The translations under genes and the position numbers were made by a program. Positions 21,005 through 31,509 of a DNA stretch of 64,000 bases are shown here, piece after piece (position 1 is the first letter of the stretch; each line of letters starts with the position of its first letter). Below the pieces are notes generated by a model that worked only from the letters and a program-made list of their open reading frames with translations, was not told where the DNA came from and did not search any database. Source of the stretch: Promethearchaeota archaeon. Lineage in GTDB: Archaea > Asgardarchaeota > Lokiarchaeia > Sigyniarchaeales > SOKP01. The stretch covers positions 1-64,000 of the forward strand of contig JAFGGO010000074.1 of NCBI GenBank assembly GCA_016930515.1, in the 5' to 3' direction.

Positions 21005-21096
21005 GATTAATCACCTAAAAATATGTATATATAATTATAAAAATAAGAAGTAGATCGTGATTTAAAGTATTTTAATCGTTATAAATTTGTGGTTTC

Positions 21097-23361
21097 TTAG
21101 ACAAATAATCCGTCTTGTTTTTCTTCACCTTCGATTCTTCGCCTCTTTAACTTTTCAGCAAAAGATTCGTACCATTTGATAACATCGGGAGTAATTGTTG
21201 GATGTATTTCCTCTCTTGCTTCAATGAAATGGTCGGGAGAAATCTTTCTTGCGCGAATGTTTTCTCGAAGTGCAATCATCGCAGCTTCGCGACACCATGT
21301 TTCAATATCTGCTCCTGAAAAACCATCACCAATCATTCCAGCTAAGGTTTCTACGGTGAGGTTTGATGCGAGTGGCATATTTTGGGTAAAAATCCTGAGA
21401 ATTTCGATCCTGCTTCGAACATCTGGTGCTGAGACAAGCAAGATCCTATCGATCCTTCCAGGCCTGATAAGGGCGGGATCTAAAATATCTGGTCGATTCG
21501 TTGCGGCAATAACCACAATGTCCCTTTTACTTTCTAAACCGTCCAATTCCGTTAGTAACTGAGATAATACCTTTTCCGTCACGCCCGAATCATTCGTAAC
21601 CCGTCCCCTGCTTGGTGCAATGGAATCAAACTCATCGAAAAATATTATACACGGAGAGGCCATTTTAGCTTTTCTAAACACTTCTCTTATGGCTTTTTCG
21701 CTTTCTCCTACCCATTTTGAAAGCAATTCGGGTCCTTTTATCGAAATGAAATTAGCCTTCGTTTCGGTAGCGACAGCTCTCGCCAGAAGCGTTTTTCCGC
21801 ATCCAGGCGGACCGTATAAAAGGATGCCTTTAGGGGGAGAGATGCCCATTCTCTTGAAGATCTTGGGATGAGATAAAGGCCAATCAACCGCTTCCATTAA
21901 TTTCTGTTTTAAAATATCCAAACCACCAATTCGTTCCCATGGAACATTTGGAATTTCAACGAATACTTCTCTTATTCCCGAAGGAAGTACTTCTTTCAAA
22001 GCTTCTTCAAAATCGTCCTTGAGCACTTCCATTTGTAAAAGCAATTCCTCTTCAATAACTTCGGATTCTAAATCTATTTGGGGCAAGTAGCGCCTCAACG
22101 CCGCCATTGCAGCTTCCCTACAAACGGCAGAAATGTCCGCTCCAACAAACCCATGTGTGATCCGAGCGAATTCATTAAGGGAAATTTTTTTATCAAGAGG
22201 CATATTTCTTGTATGAATCTGGAACACTTCTCTTCTTCCTTTTTCGTTAGGAACTTTTATTTCTATCTCTCTGTCAAACCTACCCGGACGTCTCAATGCC
22301 TCGTCCAAGCTATTAGGTCGATTTGTCGCACCAATAACTATCACGCGGCCCCTACTATGCAAGCCATCCATTAAAGCCAATAATTGTGCCACGACCCTTC
22401 TTTCTACCTCTCCCGTAACAGTTTCTCTTTTAGGTGCAATTGCGTCTATTTCGTCTATGAATATGATTGAGGGACTTTTTTCTTCTGCTTCAACGAAAAT
22501 CTTACGTAATTTTTTTTCTGATTCGCCGTAAAACTTACTCATTATTTCTGGACCGTTTATCGAAATGAAGTGAGCCTCACTTTCGTTTGCCACCGCTTTT
22601 GCTAAAAGTGTTTTTCCACAACCAGGAGGACCTCTCAATAAAACTCCTTTAGGAGGATCGATTCCAAGACGCTTAAATAGAGACGGGTGTCTAAGGGGGA
22701 GTTCTACCATTTCTCGAACGCGCTGAATTTCTCGATCTAGACCTCCCACGTCCTCGTAAGTCACATAATCTCCTTTAGGTTCTTCTTCAGGAGTTATGTT
22801 TTCGCTTATATGTATGACCGTGTCCTGTTTTATAACACAAATACCTCTTGGTTTAAGACTCTTGACCTTAAATAATATTTCTCGACTAATCCCAATTGAA
22901 ATGTGAATTATATCATCTATGGTTACGGGATAATTGATTAATTTCCTCCTAACGAATGTTTCAAATCGTGGGTTTGTTTTTATTTTAACCGTGGCAGGAG
23001 ATAATACAATATTCTGTGCTGATAATGCATTTACTTTTCTTATTTCGATAGTGTCATCTATACTGGTTCCCGTGTTTTTTCTCAATCGAGAATCAAAACG
23101 AACAATGCCTAAACCTTGATCTTGAGGATAACTAGGCCAAGCAATCCCAGCGCTTTCTTTCTTGCCCTTTATGGAAATGACATCACCTAATTGGATATTT
23201 AATTCTTCCATTATCTTAGAGTCAATCCTTACGATATTTCTTCCAATATCTCGTTCTTTTGCTTTTTGTACTCTTAGTGAAACCGATGGCCCGCTATTAT
23301 TTGATTCACTATTGTCTTTATTTCCGCTATTGTCATTATTATTGTTATTATTAGATGACAT
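21097..23361 (-). CDS. cdc48: CDC48/VCP (VAT) AAA+ ATPase
   Basis: Two AAA modules (GPPGCGKT twice, DEID/DEFD, RPGR twice) plus N-domain. Confidence 0.96.
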   Translation of the reverse strand: MSSNNNNNNDNSGNKDNSESNNSGPSVSLRVQKAKERDIGRNIVRIDSKIMEELNIQLGDVISIKGKKESAGIAWPSYPQDQGLGIVRFDSRLRKNTGTSIDDTIEIRKVNALSAQNIVLSPATVKIKTNPRFETFVRRKLINYPVTIDDIIHISIGISREILFKVKSLKPRGICVIKQDTVIHISENITPEEEPKGDYVTYEDVGGLDREIQRVREMVELPLRHPSLFKRLGIDPPKGVLLRGPPGCGKTLLAKAVANESEAHFISINGPEIMSKFYGESEKKLRKIFVEAEEKSPSIIFIDEIDAIAPKRETVTGEVERRVVAQLLALMDGLHSRGRVIVIGATNRPNSLDEALRRPGRFDREIEIKVPNEKGRREVFQIHTRNMPLDKKISLNEFARITHGFVGADISAVCREAAMAALRRYLPQIDLESEVIEEELLLQMEVLKDDFEEALKEVLPSGIREVFVEIPNVPWERIGGLDILKQKLMEAVDWPLSHPKIFKRMGISPPKGILLYGPPGCGKTLLARAVATETKANFISIKGPELLSKWVGESEKAIREVFRKAKMASPCIIFFDEFDSIAPSRGRVTNDSGVTEKVLSQLLTELDGLESKRDIVVIAATNRPDILDPALIRPGRIDRILLVSAPDVRSRIEILRIFTQNMPLASNLTVETLAGMIGDGFSGADIETWCREAAMIALRENIRARKISPDHFIEAREEIHPTITPDVIKWYESFAEKLKRRRIEGEEKQDGLFV

Positions 23362-23445
23362 TTTTATTCACATTCTCTTTTTTGTATATGATTATTATTT
23401 AGTATTTATCATGTAAAAATTTTTCTATTTGGTTATTGTTCTATT

Positions 23446-24504
23446 TTATTTGTTTTTTTTAAAGAAATTATCCAATGAAACTTGTACTTTTGAGGAGTCC
23501 ATTTTTTTTAAACGCTCTAGCGCGTTCATTACTCGCTGTTTTGAAAAATTATGAGTCTCTATAAGGAGTTCCTCTACCTTTTCGTAATTAATTTTGTCCC
23601 ATTTAGGTTTTAAATAATCTTTTGAGACTTCAGGTTGAAGAAAAATCTGTTTTACTTTGTTTATTTGTTGAATATCAAGATCTATCTCACTTTTACCGAT
23701 CGAAACTTTATTTTTAATCAAATTTTCTATAGATCCATGTTTTTTTATCAAATCCAATGCCGTGTGCTGTCCAATACCTTTTATACCAGGAAAAAAATCT
23801 ACACCGATGAGAATTGCCATCTCGACTAACTGTTCGCGTGTTATATTAAACTTCTCAAGGACTTTTGCTAGAGTTATATATTCTATGTCTAAAGTAATCT
23901 TGGTATCCTTTACTTTCTTACTTCTACTTACAGCAAAATTACGGACTAATCTCTCACCACCAAACAAGAGTGTATCATAATCTTGTGAGGCAATGGCCCA
24001 AGCATCGTTATTTTCAACCAAATATGCCGATTGAGCTTCTCCTTCTGATAATGCTTGAATAATTGGAACGCCCAAATATTCGATTAATTTCTTGCTTTCG
24101 TTTAACATTTCTGAAGTTAATTTTGATGTTTGTTGGGCATATTTTCTTGCTTCTCTAAAGTCTTCTGTCTCTTGAGCAAGGACCATTTTTTTTTTTGCTT
24201 CTTCCTTTATTTCTTTTCTTTTTTGAATTGTATCTAATTTTAGTTCTGATGGTTTACCATCAAAAACATAAATTGGTTTAATATTGTGTTCGATAAAGTT
24301 AATTGTTCTATAAAAAATGCCCGAAAGATGAGAAGTCACATTTCCGCTGTAATCCTTTAAAGGAGTCCCGTCTCGTTGGCGAATAATCGCTAAGAATTGA
24401 TAAATCGTGTTAAAAGCGTCAATGGCTATGGCTTGATTGTGTAGATTTTCAAAACTAATAGTCCTTCTTGTTTCCTTTACGAGCTCGTTAATTTTTACGC
24501 CGAT
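23446..24504 (-). CDS. fen: Flap endonuclease 1 (352 aa, ATC start)
   Basis: Frame extends 55 codons above the ORF-track start giving (M)GVKINEL...IAIDAFNTIYQFLAIIRQRDGTPLKD..GNVTSHLSG; EGEAQ, SQDYD, GVDF, terminal PIP box QVSLDNFF. Confidence 0.95.
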   Translation of the reverse strand: MGVKINELVKETRRTISFENLHNQAIAIDAFNTIYQFLAIIRQRDGTPLKDYSGNVTSHLSGIFYRTINFIEHNIKPIYVFDGKPSELKLDTIQKRKEIKEEAKKKMVLAQETEDFREARKYAQQTSKLTSEMLNESKKLIEYLGVPIIQALSEGEAQSAYLVENNDAWAIASQDYDTLLFGGERLVRNFAVSRSKKVKDTKITLDIEYITLAKVLEKFNITREQLVEMAILIGVDFFPGIKGIGQHTALDLIKKHGSIENLIKNKVSIGKSEIDLDIQQINKVKQIFLQPEVSKDYLKPKWDKINYEKVEELLIETHNFSKQRVMNALERLKKMDSSKVQVSLDNFFKKNK

Positions 24505-24560
24505 TCATATCACCATTTTTTTCTTTATTAAACAAATAAGATCATTCCTATAAATTTTCA

Positions 24561-25103
24561 CTAATTTTTTTTTCTTCTAATTAGCTTTTGACCACATCGG
24601 TCACATAATCGGTCTAATTGGGTAGGGTCGTATAATTTCTTACAAAAAGGACAAAAGATTTCCCAAACTATTCCACCCGTGATGCCTTTTTTCCCAACAG
24701 GCGAGAATTCGAGTTTAAGTTGCAGGCATAGATTTTCCATTGAATAATCGTTCGTATAAACAACGATGTTTTCTTTGGTTTCCTCTTTTAATTCCAAGGC
24801 TAGAGTTATGACCTGTTTATCAGTTTTTGATAAAGCATTAAAATCTCCAGTTAATAAGGATTTTCTTTCAATTTCGTCGTAATATTTCTTAAGTGGCTTT
24901 TTAACGATCAATTTTTTTCTATCTATAGCCACTTGAATTCTCTGCAAAATCGTTCTGTTTTTCTCAGTATATTTTTCGACACTAATTTCCTTAATAACTC
25001 CAGGAGTGGTAAAGATTGTCCCTTTAATCAAATTGAAATCGATTCCTAATAAAAAAATATTTGTATCAAAAATAAGGATTTTACTTATTTGTCCCATAAT
25101 CAA
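24561..25103 (-). CDS. nob1: Nob1-like PIN endonuclease with zinc ribbon
   Basis: IFDTN, LSKTD, TNDYSMEN, CPFC...CDRCG. Confidence 0.88.
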   Translation of the reverse strand: MIMGQISKILIFDTNIFLLGIDFNLIKGTIFTTPGVIKEISVEKYTEKNRTILQRIQVAIDRKKLIVKKPLKKYYDEIERKSLLTGDFNALSKTDKQVITLALELKEETKENIVVYTNDYSMENLCLQLKLEFSPVGKKGITGGIVWEIFCPFCKKLYDPTQLDRLCDRCGQKLIRRKKN

Positions 25104-26014
25104 TACTCTTCTGGACTATCATCTCGAGGAATAGGTACTAAACCTATTATTTTTTTCCTCAGTCGTCTATAATAGCTTTCATTGAAACGTATAAATTTTA
25201 CTATTGAATTTGACTTACGAATCCTAATTATAGAATGAGGTTGTACATCTTTAAAGACTTTACGCCCATCGAGTAATATTCTTCCACTTAGGCGAGGTCT
25301 TAATAATTTTACATCAATTACGGTCTCCATTGGAAGTACGAGAGGTTTTAAACCCGAACGAGCAAAGGGATTTAACGGAACTATTTGCATTACATTTAAG
25401 GAAGGGTGAACAATCGCCCCTCCAGCACTTAAATTGTATGCGGTGGACCCCGTCGAAGTGGATACGATAACTCCATCTAAATAGCTCCTATTTAGGTGTA
25501 CTCCATTTATTTTTATGGCAATTTGCAATACCTTGGAATTTTTTGAGGATACGATCAAAACTTCATTTAGGCAATTACCTAGTTTTATTTCTTCTTTCTT
25601 CTCGTTTATGAGAGAAGTTGATATTTTTGAGCAGGTTTCAACAGTATAATTTCCATTTAAAATTTTATCAACATCGTCGAAAATCATCCTCCCGTTTGAT
25701 TCGTCCAAGAATCCCACGGATCCTATGTTTATTCCTAAAATAGGCGGAGGATCTGCCTGATCAACGCTCCCCGCAACTCTTAAGAGAGTTCCATCGCCTC
25801 CAATTGAAAGTACGAATTTTGTATTTTTGGAACTCATTTCGCTTAAATCTCTTGCACTTGTTGGAAGAATTTTTGGAGCAATTCTGGTTTCCAAATACAC
25901 GACCTGAGCTCTTTTTTTCACGAGAAACTCAAAGAGCTTTTTAGATAAAGCAAATGCCTTTTCGGAGTCCATTCTACAAGCTAAGGCAATTGATTTTTCT
26001 TCCATAAAAATCAA
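25100..26014 (-). CDS. nadK: NAD kinase
   Basis: GGDGTLL, GSVGFL, LNE, DG..VST.TGSTAYNLSAGG. Confidence 0.95.
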   Translation of the reverse strand: MIFMEEKSIALACRMDSEKAFALSKKLFEFLVKKRAQVVYLETRIAPKILPTSARDLSEMSSKNTKFVLSIGGDGTLLRVAGSVDQADPPPILGINIGSVGFLDESNGRMIFDDVDKILNGNYTVETCSKISTSLINEKKEEIKLGNCLNEVLIVSSKNSKVLQIAIKINGVHLNRSYLDGVIVSTSTGSTAYNLSAGGAIVHPSLNVMQIVPLNPFARSGLKPLVLPMETVIDVKLLRPRLSGRILLDGRKVFKDVQPHSIIRIRKSNSIVKFIRFNESYYRRLRKKIIGLVPIPRDDSPEEY

Positions 26015-26079
26015 AATTTTAATATAAATATTGTTAAATTATCAATTTATTGGATTAATCTAAAAAAAATTAAAAGTAA

Positions 26080-26508
26080 TTAGTTTAGGATGACTCTATT
26101 TATCAACGTCTTACCAGCAATTTCCCATATCTCTACTTGAGCCGTTGACAATTTCGCTGGTTCTGATTGTAATTCCTTGAGCTTGTTGACCAATTCCTCT
26201 TCAGTAGGCCATTCCACATCGATGGATTCATAAGATTCTAAATTCATGATGTTAATTGCATTCTCTTCGATAAAATTTATCTGAGCTGTACCTTTCAGAA
26301 TTTCAGGAACTTCAGTCAAGTGTCCCGAAGGAATAGTAAGAGATCTCTTGTTTCCATCGAACAATCCGACACAAACAACTCGTACTTTCGCATGACCATG
26401 CTTGCCACTTTTTGACCTTTCTGTTGATTTGATAACACATGGTTCGTTATCCACCATAATGTATTGTCCCGTTTTTAATTTTTGGACTTCGACTCTTTTA
26501 ATTGAAAA
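26080..26508 (-). CDS. eif5a: Translation factor aIF5A/eIF5A (non-canonical start, TTT 26508 or ATT 26502)
   Basis: Hypusination motif SKSGKHGHAK; conserved-looking N-terminus SIKRVEVQKLKTGQYI lies upstream of the first ATG. Confidence 0.92.
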   Translation of the reverse strand, partial: FSIKRVEVQKLKTGQYIMVDNEPCVIKSTERSKSGKHGHAKVRVVCVGLFDGNKRSLTIPSGHLTEVPEILKGTAQINFIEENAINIMNLESYESIDVEWPTEEELVNKLKELQSEPAKLSTAQVEIWEIAGKTLINRVILN

Positions 26509-26732
26509 AGCTTTCTCACCTTTCGTTCATTAATATTGTTTATAACAATTAATATTATCCCTAAAATTTATTTCTTGCTAATTAATGTAATATTTTCAAA
26601 TAAATTCATCAAGAATTTTTTTTAAATCATACACCTTAATATAGCTTTTTTTAAATTAAATACCACATTACTATTTTTAAGGATTTTTTAAAAAATTTTT
26701 AAAAAGAAACCACGACTCGTTGATGATATAAC

Positions 26733-28115
26733 ATGAAAGAATTCGGTAGAAAGCTCGAAGACCTGATGAGAAAGATTCGAAAACTACCTTCCATAAATAA
26801 AGAAGAAATAATGGCCATAATCCAAGATCTCCAAAGAGCAATGCTTGAAGCAGATGTTAAGGTGGATTTAGTCTTCGAGATGACAGAAAACATCAAAAAA
26901 GCAGCAATGAATACCACACTCCAAAAAGCAAAACGCAAGGACTTCGTCATCAAGCTTGTCCACGATGAGTTGATACGCGTTTTAGGGGGGAAGAAAGCAC
27001 CAATAAGGATCAAGCCTGGTAAAAAGAATGTTATATTATTAGTTGGAATTCAAGGTTCTGGAAAAACAACAACAGTTGGGAAACTCGCCTACCATTTTAA
27101 AAGCAAGGGATTCAAGGTTGCAGCATTAACCACTGATACTTGGCGACCAGGTGCTTACGACCAGTTAGTACAACTCACGAAACAAATTGGTGTAGAAACT
27201 TATGGCAATCCTAATGAAAATAATGCACTAAAAATCGCCGTGAAAGAAACAAAAAAGGCCATCAACGATGGAAACGATATTGTCATTGTAGATACAGCTG
27301 GCAGGCACAAAGAGGAGAAAGAACTCATCGAAGAGATGAAAAAGATCGAAGCTGCCTTGAAACCAAATGAAGTAATACTCGTCATTGACGGAACATTGGG
27401 ACAACAAGCGTTTAACCAAGCCCAAGAATTTGCTAATGCAACCAATATCGGTTCTATTATAGTAACCAAACTCGATGGTACTGCTAAAGGGGGGGGTGCC
27501 CTTTCTGCTTGTGCTGCGACGAAAACTTTCATAAGATTTACGGGAATGGGCGAGAAAATAGAGGAATTAGAGGAATTTGACCCAACAGGGTTCGTGGGAA
27601 GCTTATTAGGTATTGCAAATCTGGAGGCGCTCGTTAAAAAGGTTCAGGATTCAGAAGCGATGGCAGATCCAGAGCTTCAAAAAAGAATGCTTCACGGGAA
27701 GTTTACGCTTGACGACCTTTGCACTCTACTCAAGAACATGAAAAAATTAGGGAAGATGAAAAATATTCTTGGAATGATGGGTGCGGGCAACATTCCCGAT
27801 GCTCTTAAAGATGATGCGGAAAAAAATATTCAAAAATGGGAAGTCATTTTAAATTCACTCACACAACAAGAAAAGGATAATCCCTTAATTATCAAAAAGG
27901 AAAGAAAAAGAAGAATACACAGGGGAGCAGGAGTAGAATACGCAGAAATCAATCGAATGCTAGATCAATACAAACAAATGAAAAAAATGATGAAATCTTT
28001 TGGTAAAATGGCGAAGAAAGGTAAGGGAGGAAAAGGTCCATTTCCAGGTAAGGGACTTCCGCCAGGTTTTGGAGGAAAAGGCTTAGGAGATCTATTTAAA
28101 AAATTTGGTGGATGA
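26733..28115 (+). CDS. srp54: Signal recognition particle protein SRP54
   Basis: GIQGSGKTT, DTAGRH, TKLDGTAKGGG, M domain. Confidence 0.96.
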   Translation: MKEFGRKLEDLMRKIRKLPSINKEEIMAIIQDLQRAMLEADVKVDLVFEMTENIKKAAMNTTLQKAKRKDFVIKLVHDELIRVLGGKKAPIRIKPGKKNVILLVGIQGSGKTTTVGKLAYHFKSKGFKVAALTTDTWRPGAYDQLVQLTKQIGVETYGNPNENNALKIAVKETKKAINDGNDIVIVDTAGRHKEEKELIEEMKKIEAALKPNEVILVIDGTLGQQAFNQAQEFANATNIGSIIVTKLDGTAKGGGALSACAATKTFIRFTGMGEKIEELEEFDPTGFVGSLLGIANLEALVKKVQDSEAMADPELQKRMLHGKFTLDDLCTLLKNMKKLGKMKNILGMMGAGNIPDALKDDAEKNIQKWEVILNSLTQQEKDNPLIIKKERKRRIHRGAGVEYAEINRMLDQYKQMKKMMKSFGKMAKKGKGGKGPFPGKGLPPGFGGKGLGDLFKKFGG

Positions 28116-28140
28116 TAATAACGAATTTTCAAATTTCTCG

Positions 28141-28818
28141 TTGATCGATTTGACAACCTTCTTAATCTTTATAGATATTTTATCCAAATACAGTAAAAAG
28201 GATATCGACGAGGGAAAAACACCTCAGGATATATATAACATCTGTTGCACCCTAAGAACCACTTTCTGTACCTCATATGGCATAAATAAACATAACGATT
28301 TATACATTTTCATCTTTGAGAATAATACGATCATAAGGTTTGAGGGTAATAATTTAAGATATCTAGGACCAGATGAACGGAGTCAGGCTTTGCTTTTAAA
28401 AAAAGCCTTGGATAAATCTCAAAAATCTGTAGACTTCTGGATTAAATCCACACCGGGAATATTTGTTAAAACTTATCGAGAAGATTGTAATTTCATCGAT
28501 GTCTTAATTTCGTTAAAAAAACCCCAAATTGCTTGCATGTATAATTCTTCCTGGACTTTTCCCGAGGAAATTATACACTTAGACAAAAAGAAATTAGCTG
28601 AAATAGAGGAATTAAGTAATTTCAATGAATATATCGTCATTTTACCAATTAAAAGGGAGTTGTTAATTACATTCACAGACATGTTAGCTAAAATACAATC
28701 CACAATATTAGATAAGGTTATTTTTGTAAAGATAAATAGAATTAATAACTTGCCCGACAAAATTTTATATATTAACTATTTAATTGATAGAACGAGTGAA
28801 AAACATGATTTTAGATAA
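28141..28818 (+). CDS. TrmY-like SPOUT-family protein (divergent)
   Basis: FCTSYGI, LRYLGPDERS, STPGIFV motifs; C-terminal SAM-knot motif not recognisable; start uncertain. Confidence 0.65.
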   Translation: MIDLTTFLIFIDILSKYSKKDIDEGKTPQDIYNICCTLRTTFCTSYGINKHNDLYIFIFENNTIIRFEGNNLRYLGPDERSQALLLKKALDKSQKSVDFWIKSTPGIFVKTYREDCNFIDVLISLKKPQIACMYNSSWTFPEEIIHLDKKKLAEIEELSNFNEYIVILPIKRELLITFTDMLAKIQSTILDKVIFVKINRINNLPDKILYINYLIDRTSEKHDFR

Positions 28819-30193
28819 TCTAAGAGCATATATTGATGGAAAGATTAGAAATGCTACGATTTTTATACAAGAAGGAGTAATTAAGGAAATAAAAACTAAT
28901 CCTTTAAGAACAGAGGTTGATTCGATGGTAAACATGGATAAGGAGAAAAATTATATTGATTGTCAAGGAAGGATTGGCATTCCCGGTATCATAGACATTC
29001 ATTCTCATTTGAGAGATATGGAGCAATCTGAAAAGGAAACATTTCAATCGGCAACTGAAGCTGCAGCATTTTCGGGTATAACAACAGTATTTAACATGCC
29101 TAATACGATTCCACCAGCTACAACTGCGAATCAAGTAAAAAAATGGATGGAAAAGGCGAAAGATAAAATACATATTGATGTGGGTTTTATTGCAGGAGTT
29201 CCAAAAGAAATTAACGAAGAAGAGATGGAAAAAATATTGAGACTAGGTGTTATTGGGTTCAAGGTTTATCCACATGATTCATTATCCGGAATTGATTGGA
29301 TGGATCCCTTGAGTATTAAGAAAATCCTTTGTTTTTCCTCAAGGTATCAAGTACCGATTTTTTTTCATCCTGATATCCCCTTAAATAAAATTATAACACA
29401 AGAAAAATTTAACCAATATTTATCAGGGGGAAAAACACCTCTCATAGCCCACGATATGGTTCATAAAAAAGAAAACGAGGTTAAATTCATTGAATTTGTC
29501 TTGGAAAATTATTATAAGATAGTTTCCCAATTAGAAATTAATCAGAACAACTTACCAATCGTTCATTTTTGCCATGTAAGTACCCGGTCAAGTTTCAAGC
29601 TTTTGAAGGAAAGTATTTCTAAATTAGGGAATAAACAAAAGATTTCTTTTGAAATTACACCACATCACTTGCTTTTATCAAGAGAACAACAATTAAATAT
29701 TCCTACTTATGGAAAGGTAATGCCACCATTGAGAGCCTGCGAAGATCAGGAATTTTTACTTAATAAACTCAATTCTGGAGAAATTGAATTGATTGGTACG
29801 GACCACGCGCCCCATACAATCTTTGAAAAATCCAAATCTTTTCTCGATGCCCCTTCCGGATTTCCTGGATTTGAAACATACCCTTTTCTGCTTTTGGAGA
29901 GCGTACCGATAGAGATGTTTGTAAAAATTTCTTCGGAAAATCCTGCGAAAACATTTGGGTTAAAACACAAAGGATTCATCAAGAAAGGTTTCAACGCAGA
30001 TATTACGATTCTTGAAATGGTTTCAAGGTACACAATAGACGCTAAAAACTTTAAATCATTGGCAAAATTCTCACCTTTCGATGGTTGGGAAACTTCAATA
30101 AAAATATGGAAAGTATTTCTTAGAGGAAAGGAAATAAAGCAAGATGTATCTAATTTTAAAGGTCAAATTTTGTTTCAGACAATAACACATTGA
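28805..30193 (+). CDS. pyrC: Dihydroorotase
   Basis: DIHSHLR, MPNT, HFCHVST, EITPHHL, KVMPPLR, TDHAPH. Confidence 0.9.
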   Translation: MILDNLRAYIDGKIRNATIFIQEGVIKEIKTNPLRTEVDSMVNMDKEKNYIDCQGRIGIPGIIDIHSHLRDMEQSEKETFQSATEAAAFSGITTVFNMPNTIPPATTANQVKKWMEKAKDKIHIDVGFIAGVPKEINEEEMEKILRLGVIGFKVYPHDSLSGIDWMDPLSIKKILCFSSRYQVPIFFHPDIPLNKIITQEKFNQYLSGGKTPLIAHDMVHKKENEVKFIEFVLENYYKIVSQLEINQNNLPIVHFCHVSTRSSFKLLKESISKLGNKQKISFEITPHHLLLSREQQLNIPTYGKVMPPLRACEDQEFLLNKLNSGEIELIGTDHAPHTIFEKSKSFLDAPSGFPGFETYPFLLLESVPIEMFVKISSENPAKTFGLKHKGFIKKGFNADITILEMVSRYTIDAKNFKSLAKFSPFDGWETSIKIWKVFLRGKEIKQDVSNFKGQILFQTITH

Positions 30194-30333
30194 TAAAATT
30201 TTGACTATTTGAAAGAAAAAAGGGAGGAATATGCATATCATTGATAGATTCTTAATACATTTTTAGTAGAAAGATTCATTAGAATTAGTTGAATAGATCA
30301 TATCAATAATAATTACTTCAAAACCTACTAATC

Positions 30334-30969
30334 ATGTCATCCAAAGAAGAAGAATTTAGTATTGAAGAGGGTGCCTTGCTCGTTAAGTTTGCGCGAGAAA
30401 ATATAGAATATTACCTTAAAAACAAGCATAAGATGCCCGTACCAAACGAAATTAAACAAAAATTTAGTAATAAGTATGGTGCTTTCGTTACCTTGAATCG
30501 AGTAAGAATTTTAGGTAACCCTCTTCGAGGGTGTATTGGTTATATCGAGCCCCGCTTTGAATTGTACGATGTGATTCATAGAGTTTCAATAAGTTCTGCG
30601 ATCGAAGACCCACGCTTTACGCCAGTTATTTTGGAAGAAATGAACGAGATCGTAATAGAAATATCGATTCTCACGCCACCAGAATTAATCGTAGTTGATA
30701 AACCTGAAGATTACTTGAAAAAGATTCTTATTGGAAGGGACGGACTCATTGCCGAAAGGGGGGCAAGAAGAGGTCTCCTTCTCCCTCAAGTCCCCGTAGA
30801 TCACGATCGAAATTGGTCGGTCAAGGAGTTTTTAGACCACACATGTCAAAAAGCCATGCTCTCAAGCGACGCCTGGAAAGATAAAGATACTAAGATTTAC
30901 GCTTTTCAAGCGATATTATTCGAGGAAACGGAACCAAGAGGGAAGATCGTGAGAAAATTCATTTCCTAG
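30334..30969 (+). CDS. AMMECR1-domain protein
   Basis: GAFVTL, LRGCIG, DPRF, GRDGL, GLLLPQV. Confidence 0.93.
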   Translation: MSSKEEEFSIEEGALLVKFARENIEYYLKNKHKMPVPNEIKQKFSNKYGAFVTLNRVRILGNPLRGCIGYIEPRFELYDVIHRVSISSAIEDPRFTPVILEEMNEIVIEISILTPPELIVVDKPEDYLKKILIGRDGLIAERGARRGLLLPQVPVDHDRNWSVKEFLDHTCQKAMLSSDAWKDKDTKIYAFQAILFEETEPRGKIVRKFIS

Positions 30970-31026
30970 CCTTTAGTATTTTTCCTTGGTCTTCGAAAGT
31001 AAAAAATAAAAAATAGGATTTTGTTA

Positions 31027-31509
31027 TTACACAAATCCAGAAACGAGTGCTAAAACACCAGCAAAAATGGAAATCCAAAATCCAAAATAAGGATCAAAAA
31101 CTTCCCAAAATTCAACTTCAACAGTATAAATCCACCATTCTGCTACGACGAGATTTACACTCATCATCGATATATAATAAATAATGGGTGCAGCAATCAG
31201 CAATACACCAGAAATTACCCAAATAGCGGTACTATTAGATTTTCCTTTAGCCTTTGCTCCAGTTACTAATAATACTAGCATTGCAACAACGATTATTATA
31301 GTTGTTATCATGCTCCATGTTGTAAGGTCAGCGTTATTATCAAAGAAGCCAGATTCACTATTTGAATTACTTTTCCAATAATAGAGCGTCCATACCCATA
31401 GATATGTATCTACAGAAGCATCGTCGAAAACAAAAGGTGCAACAAGGGCAATTAAAGCCAAAATCCCCGCAAGAATAGCCAACACATATCCATTATCTCT
31501 AGTTGTCAT
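31027..31509 (-). CDS. Four-TM membrane protein
   Basis: Four hydrophobic helices; GAGGT SD before ATG. Confidence 0.7.
   Translation of the reverse strand: MTTRDNGYVLAILAGILALIALVAPFVFDDASVDTYLWVWTLYYWKSNSNSESGFFDNNADLTTWSMITTIIIVVAMLVLLVTGAKAKGKSNSTAIWVISGVLLIAAPIIYYISMMSVNLVVAEWWIYTVEVEFWEVFDPYFGFWISIFAGVLALVSGFV

Noticed and set aside
24505-24516. UGA readthrough or selenocysteine in fen (ATG GTG ATA TGA ATC GGC)
   Set aside because: It would add residues before the Gly2 that FEN1 needs at its N-terminus; the position is not a Cys-equivalent site and I saw no SECIS-like hairpin
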